The notes below the pieces were generated by a model. It ran no database searches. It saw only the letters and a program-made list of their open reading frames with translations, and was not told the origin of the DNA. This document shows positions 44,001 to 56,000 of a stretch of DNA of 64,000 nt, piece after piece. Location: assembly GCA_002269645.1 (NCBI GenBank), contig NIVC01000965.1, positions 43,952 to 107,951 on the forward strand. The letters are read 5' to 3'. Each line of letters opens with the position of its first letter. Position 1 is the first letter of the stretch. The DNA comes from Macrostomum lignano. Taxonomy: Eukaryota. The position numbers and the translations under genes are program-made.

Positions 44001-47000
44001 TCCGGAACCCAGGTCACTGAATCACGAAAATCAGCCCAGAATTTTCGAATTCAACTACCAACTTAAGGGAGGGTAAATTGACAAAAAAGTCTATTAACGC
44101 AACATATCGGTAGTCGACTTCTGCTGCAAGTTCAAGAAGCTTATCAGAATCACTTGCGTCGCCCCACAGTCGTTTTAGGGCCGGTGCAGGAAACGCAGGT
44201 AAAATAGGAAGGAAGTGACTCTAGACGACTCTAAAAAGACGAGATGTCCTTGTCCTTGTTTAATTGTCTGCGACTCTGGGGCGCTTCTAGAATGAATCAG
44301 GGGCCTTTCCGTCGCATTACAGTCGTTTGAGTCGTTAAACAAAGTCACAAGGATCGCCCCAGAGTCGCTAGTGAGTTGTTGGCAATCACTGTTTAGCGAT
44401 TCTTGTCACGATAAACAATCTAACCTTAAAGTGCAATATAGATCCGACATCGTGCAGGAAGGCGGTAGCCTGCATCAGTTCGCTAGCGTTGGCAAAGGAT
44501 TTGCCAAATTTGTCGAGCATTCGATCTTGCACTACGCTGGCGTAGTCTTCGGCTGGCAGCACCGGGTCTTTCGATTGGTTCTTCCGCTCGTCTGCCAGCT
44601 CGCGGAGCACAGTCTCCAGGTCCATGTAGATGGCCGGTATGGACTCGCCAACTATGTAGCTGCTGCGGCTGCCGGGCAGTGTGAGCTCCTTGGCCGTGGC
44701 GAACAGCATGTCTGCCAGCGCCTGCAGATTTGTGCCCCGTACGCAGCTCACGTGAATCTGCGAGGGTGATGGGCAGATATTAGCCTTTTGATGATGAAGT
44801 TAACAGTCACCTCTATCCGTCTTGACCTTCTATCTTTAGTCTATCCCGATTTTATACCTTTAGTCTATCCGGATCTTCTATCTCTAGTCTATCCCGAGTC
44901 TATCCCGATCTTTTATATCTTTAGTCTATCCGGATCTTCTATCTTTAGTCTATTCAGAGTCCATCCCGATCTTTTATATCTTTAGTCTATCCGGATCTTC
45001 TATCTTTAGTCTATTCAGAGTCTATCCCGATCTTTTATATTTTAGTCTATCCGGATCTTCTATCTTTAGTCTATTAAGAGTCTATCTCGATCTTATATCT
45101 TTAGTCTATCCGGATCTTCTATCTTTAGTCTATTCAGAGTCTATCTCGATCTTATATCTTTAGTCTATCCGGATCTTCTATCTTTAGTCTATTCAGAGTC
45201 TATCTCGATCCTCTATCATTAGTCTATCCCGAGTATATACCCGATCTTATATATCTGGTCTATCCCGAGTCTATCCCGGTCTTCTATCTTTAGTCTATCC
45301 GGAGTATATCTCAATATTGTATCTTTTATTTTTCTCTGTCTTTATTTTTATCTACTCGTAGTATTTTCATTTAATTTTATTTCACTAAATGCGCAACTCA
45401 GTCGCTTTCACTGTTTCCCTCAAGGATCAATTAAAAGTACATAAGTGGCATCCTATCAGGCTGAAGCAGACGAAAATCAAGTGCACAAGCGCTAGCCAAA
45501 GTATCCAGGCATGTAATCCGAACAAAAATCGCTGGCAAAGCCTATATACCAGTAAAATATGTATAGCACTTGCACTCTTAATAAGTCAGATGCAATGCGT
45601 ACTTTATGCACTGAAGATACGCAGACAAGTCTCCCTGAGGAGGATGGGGAAAATGGGGGAAGGAAGGAAGACAGGAAAAGAGAGGCATGGCAGCGAGTGG
45701 GATGGGAGAATGGGAGAACAAAAGAATGGGAGAAAAAGTTAGAGAGAAATGGATCTGTAAAGGGAGTTGAAAAAATTAATTGAATTGGAATTCATCTTAA
45801 CCTAATGCATCGGCTACTTTTTTTACTATTAGAATCTGCTTCTTGTAATGCACTGCAGACTATTGAATTCGTCATATTAATAAAATAGTTCTCGTCACAG
45901 GTGTAACAAACTGGAGGGCTTTTGCGCTTTCACGCCAAGCAAAAGCGGTCGCATCAGGGGAATCACAATACAGGGATCACAGTGGAGAATCACAGTGGGA
46001 GAATTAGATTGGGATCACAGTGGGAGAATTAGATTGGGAGAATCACAGGGGAATTACAGTGGCGGAATCACAGGGGGGAATTACAGTGGCGAAATCACAG
46101 GGGGATTACAGTAGCGGAATCACAGTTGAAGAATCACAGTGGGGGGGATCACAGTGAGAATCACAGGGAGAATTAAAGTTGGGGAATCACAGTGGGAGAA
46201 TCACAGTGGGGAATCACAGTGGGGGAATCACAGTGGGGGAATCACAGTGGGGGAATCACAGTGGGGGAATCACAGTGGGGGAATCACAGTGGGAGAATTA
46301 GAGTGGGATAATCGCAGGGAAGAATTGCAGTGGGGGAATCACAGTGAGGGAATCACAGTGGGGAATCAAAGGGAGAATCACAGGGAGAATTAAAGTTGGG
46401 GAATCACAGTGTGAGAATCACAGTGGGGAATCACAGTGGGGAGAATCACAGTGGGGGAATCACAGTGGGGAGAATCACAGTGGGGGAATCACAGTGGGGG
46501 AATCACAGTGGGGAATCACAGTGGGGGAATCACAGTGTGGGGGGGAATCACAGTGGGGGAATCACAGTGGGGGAATCACAGTGGGGAGAATCACAGTGGG
46601 GGAATCACAGTGGGGGAATCACAGTGGGAGAATTAGAGTGGGATAATCGCAGGGAAGAATTGCAGTGGGGGAATCACAGTGGGGGAATCACAGTGGGAGA
46701 ATTAGAGTGGGATAATCGCAGGGAAGAATTGCAGTGGGGGAATCACAGTGAGGGAATCACAGTGGGGAATCAAAGGGAGAATCAGCCGGTAATCAAGACA
46801 GGGAATGAATACTTCAAGAGAAACTTAGGATTCAAGCTTGAGACATCGGTGCGATGAATACAAACAATAATTGAATCTCACCTGATGGCGCACAATGGGA
46901 ATGCCCAGACTGCTTGGCTCCCTCACTCGCATAAATCGCTGATCAACATAGGCCAGCTTCTCCCGGAGGTACTGCTCCCTCAGCTGTCTGTCGTCAATGT

Positions 47001-50000
47001 CCAGCGCGTCCAGATGCGTGCCGACAATGATGACTGAGGACCGAGGCGCCCGACTGTGAATGTTCACCAGCCACTGGTGCACGCTCTCCATGCCGCGGTC
47101 GCCGGTGCGCAAGTCCCACACCACTAGGTAGATTGCTCGCTTAGATAAGAAATATTGATGCGTTGCGTAATACTCTTTTTGGCCGCCGAAATCCCAGGTG
47201 CGAAATACGATCTCCTCTATTCTGTGGCCTTTCCTACGCATCACCAGGTCGCCAATGTCGACGCCGACTGTCGATAAAATCTTGCCGCTGTCCCGGTTGG
47301 GGTCCTCGATGCCTTGCCGGTGGGCCCAGGTGCCCGACTTGCCTGTTGGGGAGGATTAGGCGACAGGGATAGGTACCAGGTATGGCTATTAGATATATGT
47401 GAGTACCAGGTATGGCTATTAGATATATGTGAGTACCAGGTATGGCTATTAGATATATGTGAGTACCAGGTATGGCTATTAGATATATGTGAGTACCAGG
47501 TATGGCTATTAGATATATGTGAGTACCAGGTATGGCTATTAGATATATGTGAATACCAGGTATGGCTATTAGATATATGTGAGTACCAGGTATGGCTATT
47601 AGATATATGTGAGTACCAGGTATGGCTATTAGATATATGTGAGTACCAGGTATGGCTATTAGATATATGTGAGTACCAGGTATGGCTATTAGATATATGT
47701 GAATACCAGGTATGGCTATTAGATATATGTGAGTACCAGGTATGGCTATTAGATATAGGTGAGTACCAGGTATGTCTATTAGATGTTGGTGAGCACCAGG
47801 TATGGCTATTAGATATACTCGTAGGTGAGCACCAGGTATGGCTATTAGATATACTCGTAGGTGAGTACCAGGTATGGCTATTAGATATATGTGAGTACCA
47901 GGTATGGCTATTAGATATATGTGAGTACCAGGTATGGCTATTAGATATATGTGAGTACCAGGTATGGCTATTAGATATATGTGAGTACCAGGTATGGCTA
48001 TTAGATATATGTGAGTACCAGGTATGGCTATTAGATATATGTGAGTACCAGGTATGGCTATTAGATATATGTGAGTAACAGATATAGCTACTAGGTATGG
48101 CTACAAGTTAAAGTTTTAAGCAAAAGCTGAAAAAACGTTTAGTAAAGACGTGTAGGTAACTGATTAAGAAAGCAATTATAGGGCTTAAAAAGGATTATTA
48201 AAGACGCTTACCAACAGATCCTTCTAACTTTCTCAGTCGATTAATCAATGTGGTTTTGCCAATGTTGGCGTTGCCAACCACCATCAGTTTGAGCTGGTTG
48301 TAGGGTCGGGACTCGGTTTTTACGCTTTTTAAGTAGGACAAAATCTCCCTGGTTAAGGCACGGCCCGCCGCGAGCTCCTGGACTCGACCCTGCGGATTGT
48401 AGTGGAGTGACAGTGCTCAGGCTATCAGTAACTGGAGTGACAGTGCTCAGACTATCAGTAACTGGAGTGACAGTGCTCAGACTATCAGTAAATGGAGTGA
48501 CAGTGCTCAGACTATCAGTAAATGGAGTGACAGTGCTCAGACTATCAGTAAATGGAGTGACAGTGCTCAGACTATCAGTAACTGGAGTGACAGTGCTCAG
48601 ACTATCAGTAAATGGAGTGACAGTGCTCAGACTATCAGTAAATGGAGTGACAGTGCTCAGACTATCAGTAACTGGAGTGACAGTGCTCAGACTATCAGTA
48701 ACTGGAGTGACAGTGCTCAGACTATCAGTAACTGGAGTGACAGTGCTCAGACTATCAGTAACTGGAGTGACAGTGCTCAGACTATCAGTAACTGGAGTGA
48801 CAGTGCTCAGACTATCAGTAACTGGAGTGACAGTGCTCAGGCACTCAGGCATCAGTAAATGGAGTGAAAGTGCTCTGACGTCAGACCTACCTGAAGCGGG
48901 CAGCCTTCAAGCTCGAGCAGCGACAGCCAATGCAGACCGGAGAGGCTGGGCGGCAGCTGGTGAATGGCAGTCCAAGCCAGACTTAAACTGGTCAGGTGTT
49001 CCATTCGGCACACATCGTCAGGCAGCTCCATCAGGTGTTGATTGCGCGACAAATCCAGCTGATTCAGCGCCGGAAACAGCAGCGTCGATGGAGGCGGCGG
49101 AGCTGTTGGAGCCGGCTGGCCGACTCCGCCAGGAGCGATGCTGAACTGCAACACCTTGACTGGATTGTTGCGCAAGTTGAGCACCTTGAGCTGGTCGAGC
49201 ACCCGGTGCTGCCTGTGCTGACAGCCTTTAGGCATGGGCTGCTGCTGCTGCTCAGACAGGGATCGCTGGGTGAGGAAGCACAGATCCGGCACAATGTCCG
49301 TGCGGCACCATTCCTCCAGGCTGTCAATACAGTTGCCGCTAAGATCCAGATTCTCTAATCCGCTAGGGAAATCCCAGATATGGGACACGTCAGTGATCTG
49401 ATTGGCTCCCAGGTCGAGACGGCGCAGAGACGAGGCCAGACAGGACAGGCCTTTGGGACAGGAGCGGAGGCGGTTGCCCTTGAGAATGAGAGTGTTGAGC
49501 GTGTGCTGCTGGCCCTGCGGCTGCTGTTGCTGCTGCGAGCTGGTCCGGTCGGCCGACTGCGGGCTGGGCTGAACCTCCAGGGTTTCGTGCTGCAGGCCGC
49601 ATCTGGTGAGCACCTACGGTTTGGGGAGGACAGGCCGGCTTAGCATGTAAGTATCAGGCATTAAGTCGGTGTAGGACTCCCAATTTTTTGGGGGTGTTTA
49701 TCAAGTTTCGAACTTTTCGAAATTTAAAGCTTGTGAAAGCGAACCTTGTTGGGACCCTACTTACCTCTATACTACCTGATCATCAGACAATATGTGTACT
49801 TTTCCTCAAGTGCGTACGCGGGCCCACGAAAGTTTAGGGGGAATTTGAAATTTGCGGGAATGTGAAAATTGGGGAATGTGAATCCTGGAGGAATGTGAAA
49901 ATTGGGGAAAGTGAATCCTGGAGGAATGTAAACACTGGAGGAATGTCAATCCTGGAGGAATGTGAAAATTGGGGAGTGTGAATCCTGGAGGAATGTGAAA

Positions 50001-53000
50001 ATTGGGGAAAGTGAATCCTGGAGGAATGTAAACACTGGAGGAATGTGAATCCTGGAGGAATGTGAAAATTGGGGAAAGTGAATCCTGGAGGAATGTAAAC
50101 ACTGGAGGAATGTCAATCCTGGAGGAATGTGAAATTCTGCAGGAATGTGAAATTCTGCAGGAATGTGAAATTCTGCAGGAATGTGAAATTTGGGGAATGT
50201 AAAATTCTGCAGGAATGTGAAACTTTGGGGATGTGAAATTTGGGGGATGTGAACTCTGGAGAATGTGAATCCTGGAGGAATGTGAAAATTAGGGAATGTT
50301 AGGGAAAAAAGTGGGAAATTTAAAATTTGGAAATGCGAAATTCTGGAGGAAAGTGAAATTTTATAAAATTCAGGGAATGTGAAATTTTAGGAATGTAGAA
50401 TTTAGGGAATACGAAAGCGGCTCTTCTCACCTTCTCATCCCATCCGGTGTACTCAGCCATGGTGTCCACATTCAGATGCAGGCTGGTCACCATCACGCCG
50501 CCGGGCTCGAAGCCACCAACGCCGAGGAACATTGAGGAGCCGCCGATGCCGCTGGGCGAACTCGGCGTCAACGGAGACGCCGAGGTGTTTGTTGACGAAG
50601 ACACCGCGGCAGCCATCGAAGCCGCGGCGGCTGCCTCAGCGGCGGCCACGGCAGCAGCCGCAGCGGCCGGCCAAGCGTCCGGCGTGCCCTTGACCGGCAG
50701 GCTGGACAGGCAATTGTCGGCCAAGTCCAGCAGCTGGAGCCGGGGCGCGAACCAGACTCGAGCTGGAAGACGATCGATCCGATTGCCGGAGCAGACCAGA
50801 GTGGCCAGCAGAGGCAACCGGCCGGCGGTGAACAGCCAGTCAGGCAGACCAGTCAGCCGATTTCCGGCCACGTTCAGCTCGGCCAGGCTGGGCAGCAGAG
50901 CGGAGTGGCCGGGAGTGGCCGGCGGCAGCTCCGAGTCGTCCGGCAGTCGTTGAATCGCATTGTTGGCCAGGCTGAGCTCTCGCAGGCTGCGCAGTCGAAG
51001 CAGCTCAGCTGGCAGCTTGGCGAGACCGCAGCCGGATAAGTCGACTTTGGTGACGGCACACAAAGCGACGTCCGGCGAAGCGTCGACGCTCAGGTGAGGA
51101 TTGTGCAGTTGGCAGGCGGCCAGCAGCCAGGCCAGTCGAATTCCCGTCAGCCGACGGATGTCGCACCAGCGTAGGGCGACGGGACGGCGAGGCAGCGACG
51201 GGTACAGCCGCTCGAACTGGCAGTCTGTGAGGCCGCCGTCGCCTCCGCTGCCAGCGCTTGCCGCGCCGCTACCGCCGCCAGGACCAGCGGCACCACCGCT
51301 GCCGCTGGTGCCAAGCAGCTGGTCTCGATTAATTCGATTGACATTGTCCAGACTGGCCAGGTGTTGCAGCAGCAGCGTGACCAACTGGTCGGAACTGTCC
51401 AAGTCTGCTTCGGCCGATTTTGAGTCCAACTGGTTTAAAGTGTTCCGATAGAAGTGGTGAATTATGGATTATTTTTCTGCTTTGAATGAGCAACTCTCAT
51501 GGATTAGAGAGCGATTCTCATGGATTAGAGAGCGATTCACATGGATTAGAGAGCGATTCTCATGGATTAGAGAGGGATTCTCATGGATTAGAGAGCGATT
51601 CTCATGGATTAGAAAAGCGATTCTCATGGATTAGAGAAGCGATTCTCATGGATTAGAGAGGGATTCTCATGGATTAGAGAGCGATTCTCATGGATTAGAG
51701 AGGGATTCTCATGGATTAGAGAAGCGATTCTCATGGATTAGAGAAGCGATTCTCATGGATTAGAGAGCGATTCTCATGGATTAGAGAAGCGATTCTCATG
51801 GATTAGAGAGCGATTCTCATGAATTAGAGAGGGATTCTCATGGATTAGAGAAGCGATTCTCATGGATTAGAGAGCGATTCTCATGGATTAGAGAGCGATT
51901 CTCATGAATTAGAGAGGGATTCTCATGGATTAGAGAAGCGATTCTCATGGATTAGAGAGCGATTCTCATGAATTAGAGAGGGATTCTCATGGATTAGAGA
52001 AGCGATTCTCATGGATTAGAGAGTGATTCTCATGCATTAGAGAACGATTCTCATGGATTAGAAAAGCGATTTTCGTGGATTAGAGAAGCGATTTTCATGG
52101 ATTAGAGAAGCGATTTTTTTGAATTAGAGAAGCGAATCTTTAGAGTTTCCAATGAACTGAGGACAAGTGACAATCACCCTCCGGGCTCACCTGGTCCAAC
52201 GCTTCGTGCAAAAGCTGACCGTTTTTGTCAACGGCTCCGTGCCGCATCAGCAGGTCGGCCAGGTCCAGACTGCCCGATTCAACTGCCACCCGCAGCGGAT
52301 AAGTCTGCTTGCCGTCGAATTCTACGTCGGCGTTCACTTCGCCGGCCAAATGGCCGAGCAGGCAGCGGACAACGTCCGGCTGGTGCTTGGTGACGGCCAG
52401 TGCCAGCACAGCGGCGCCTTTACTGCGCAGATTGAGCGGGCTGACTCGGCGAACTGCGCTTCGCCCGTTGTCGACTATTGTGACTGAGGCGGCCGCGGTG
52501 GCGTCGCATCCTCCTCCTCCTGTCTGACTGTCGTCGATGACGGGGCCGTCGCAGTCGCCGGCTGGTGACGTCAGTTGGTCAAGCAGGAAACTGGCAGAGA
52601 CCTGTGCGTTGTTTTGTTATAATTGAGATTTTTAGGCTCTCAGCGTTTTTATTCTAATTTTGAGGGTCTCTACGTGTCTGTTTTAAAAATATAAACACGT
52701 AGGTATTTTGAGGCTCTCAATATTTCTATTCTGATTTCGAGGCTCTCTACAAGTTTTACCCATGACATTTTGAGGCTCTCGACGTGTCTATTCATCAGAT
52801 ATCAAAATATCGATATTTTGAGGCTCTGCAGAGTTTTTGTAAGATTTATTTGAGGCTGCCAACTTTTTTTTCGGAATAATTAAAGGCTCTGAGCGTCAAC
52901 GTAGCCCATATTATCTGTTCGAGATTTAATTTCTAACGATTCAATTGAAACTGTAGCGAATATAATTTTGTGAGGCTCTCTACGTGCCTACTAAACGGAA

Positions 53001-56000
53001 CATTAGAGACCTCTAGTCTTTATTTAAGTTACCAAATAAACTTTTCTGACATTAAAAGCTTCGAGAATAAGGAATTTTAGACTCCTTGAGTAACGCTACA
53101 TCACCTTAAAACTCAGCAGACAACGTAGCACATCTAGGTGGCCCCACAGCGTTGCGAGTTGCAACGCCGAATAACCTTCGACATCTTCAGCGTTGACATC
53201 GAAAGCGGCTCTGTACGTGCCGATGCCGCCGCGGCTGTACACGTAGAACTTCTGCAAGCAGTCCTCTGGATAGTTGAAGTTTAGCAGAAGATTTGCCACA
53301 TCGTAGTGGCCTTCCAAACAGGCGGCGTGGAGCGGCAGCATGCGCTCCTTTGTTGTTGCTATGGCAACCGCTTTCGGGCACTGGTAGATCAGACGCTCAA
53401 CTATTGCTACGTTGCCTTTGCCGCAGGCGACGTACAACGGCGTGTAGCCGGTAACTGGGTGGGCCACGCACTGGGCTCCGTTTCGCACGAGAAAGTCCAC
53501 TACGTCTGTCTTGCCGTGCTCGCAGGCTCTGGGTGAGCGAGTATATTGGGGTAAGGCTGGTTGTGGCCACAGTGTACAATTGGGGTAAGGCTGGTTGTGG
53601 CCACAGTGTACAATTGGGGTAAGGCTGGTTGTGGCCACAGTGTACAATTGGGGTAAGGCTGGTTGTGGCCACAGTGTACAATTGGGGTAAGGCTGGTTGT
53701 GGCCACAGTGTACAATTGGGGTAAGGCTGGTTGTGGCCAGTACATTGGGGTAAGGCTGGTTGTGGCCACAGAGTAAATTGGGGTAAGGCTGGTTGGGCCA
53801 CAGAGTACATTGGGGTAACGCTGGTTGTGGCCACAGTGTACATTGGGGTAAGGCTGGTTGGGGGCACAATGTACAATGGGGTAAGACTGGTTGGGGGCAC
53901 AATGTACATTCGGGTAAGGCTGGTTGGGGGCACAATTTACATTCGGGTAAGGCTGGCTGTAGACACAGTGTACATTGGGAATAATTAGGCTGGGTGGGAC
54001 AACAATCTACATTATAGTAAGGTTGATTATGAACCGGTGTGTACAAAGGTCATACTTACCTATAAAGCAGAGAGTAGGAATCCTGGGGACACCTGTTAAT
54101 TACTTTCTCCAGTCGAAAGATTCGTTTGGCAGCATTACTAATAGCCTGACAGTCGAATGTTAAGCAGAGATTGTAAAACTCCGTAGCCTCCAGTTCGTAT
54201 TGCTCTGGTGAGAGATGTTGAAAACGAAATTTAGAAACACTTTGTCGCTTATAAAGCGAACTAAGAATTTACAATAATCCCTGCAATATTTAGCAATACA
54301 GCGCTGTTTTCTATAAAGTTGGTAAAAGGGAAGAAAGATGATCACAGGGGAATTCAGAGCGATTGCTCAGATTCCAAGAAACAATGAGATCTTGCACAGA
54401 TGCCAAGGCTCATGAGGTCATTAAGTACACCTCAGATGCCAAGGCTCATGAGGTCATTGGGTACAGCTCAGATGACAAGGCTCATGAGGTCATTAAGTAC
54501 AGCTCAGATGTAAAGGCTCATGGGGTCATTGGGTACAGCTCAGATGCCAAGGCTCATGAGATCATTAAGTACACCTCAGATGCCAAGGCTCATGAGGTCA
54601 TTAAGTACAGCTCAGATGTCAAGGCTCATGGGGTCATTAAGTACAGCTCAGATGTCAAGGCTCATGGGGTCATTAGGTACAGCTCAGATGACAACTCATG
54701 ACACCTGCAGCTCATGGGGTCATTAAGTACACCTTATATGCCAAGGCTCATGAGGTCATTAAGTACACCTCAGATGCCAAGGCTCATGAGGTCATTAAGT
54801 ACAGCTCATATGCCAAGGCTCATGAGGTCATTAAGTAAGCTCATATGCCAAGGCTCATGAGGTCATTAAGTACAGCTCATATGCCAAGGCTCATGAGGTC
54901 ATTGGGTACAGCTCAGATGCCAAGGCTCATGAGGTCATTAAGTACAGCTCAGATGCCAAGGCTCATGAGGTCATTGGGTACAGCTCAGATGACAAGGCTC
55001 ATGGGGTCATTAAGTACAGCTCAGATGTAAAGGCTCATGGGGTCATTGGGTACAGCTCAGATGCCAAGGCTCATGAGATCATTAAGTACACCTCAGATGC
55101 CAAGGCTCATGAGGTCATTAAGTACACCTCATATGCCAAGGCTCATGAGGTCATTAAGTACAGCTCATATGCCAAGGCTCATGAGGTCATTAAGTACACC
55201 TCATATGCCAAGGCTCATGAGGTCATTAAGTACAGCTCATATGCCAAGGCTCATGAGGTCATTAAGTACAGCTCAGATGCCAAGGCTCATGAGGTCATTA
55301 AGTACACCTCATGACACCTGCAGCTCATGGGGTCATTAAGTACACCTTATATGCCAAGGCTCATGAGGTCATTAAGTACAGCTCATATGCCAAGGCTCAT
55401 GAGGTCATTAAGTACAGCTCATATGCCAAGGCTCATGAGGTCATTAAGTACAGCTCATATGCCAAGGCTCATGAGGTCATTAAGTACAGCTCATATGCCA
55501 AGGCTCATGAGGTCATTAAGTACAGCTCAGATGCCAAGGCTCATGAGGTCATTAAGTACAGCTCATATGCCAAGGCTCATGAGGTCATTGGGTACAGCTC
55601 AGATACCAAGGCTCATGAGGTCATTAAGTACAGCTCAGATGCCAAGGCTCATGGGGTCATTGGGTATAGCTCAGATGCTTGCCCCCGAAGGGGGCTCATT
55701 TACTATTCTACATGCACAAAATCTGTAATCGTTATGCATGATTTGCGGGCTCTACAAAGCCAATACACACCATTTTTAGCTTCCAACAATTCGCAAATGT
55801 GCTCGCTCTGCTTTTTGGCTGTGCGCTTATCTTTACTAAGCTGCAGGCAGCTGACCCCGGCAGCGTCCTCGCGGTAGATGTTGCACCTAAACGCGCTATC
55901 CGTTGCCGCGGGCCGGTCGGTCAGCAGAGAGCAGACCATCTCAGCCTGGCCTTCCTCGATTGCTCGGTGTAGAGCGGTCTACAGTTTATTATTCAATAAG

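Noticed and set aside
52630-52985. TTTTGAGGCTCTC motif recurring about 9 times with variable spacers, superficially CRISPR-like
   Set aside because: The motif is short and degenerate, spacing is irregular, the context is a eukaryotic intron and there are no cas genes; best explained as a decayed minisatellite. No CRISPR array is supported anywhere in the window.
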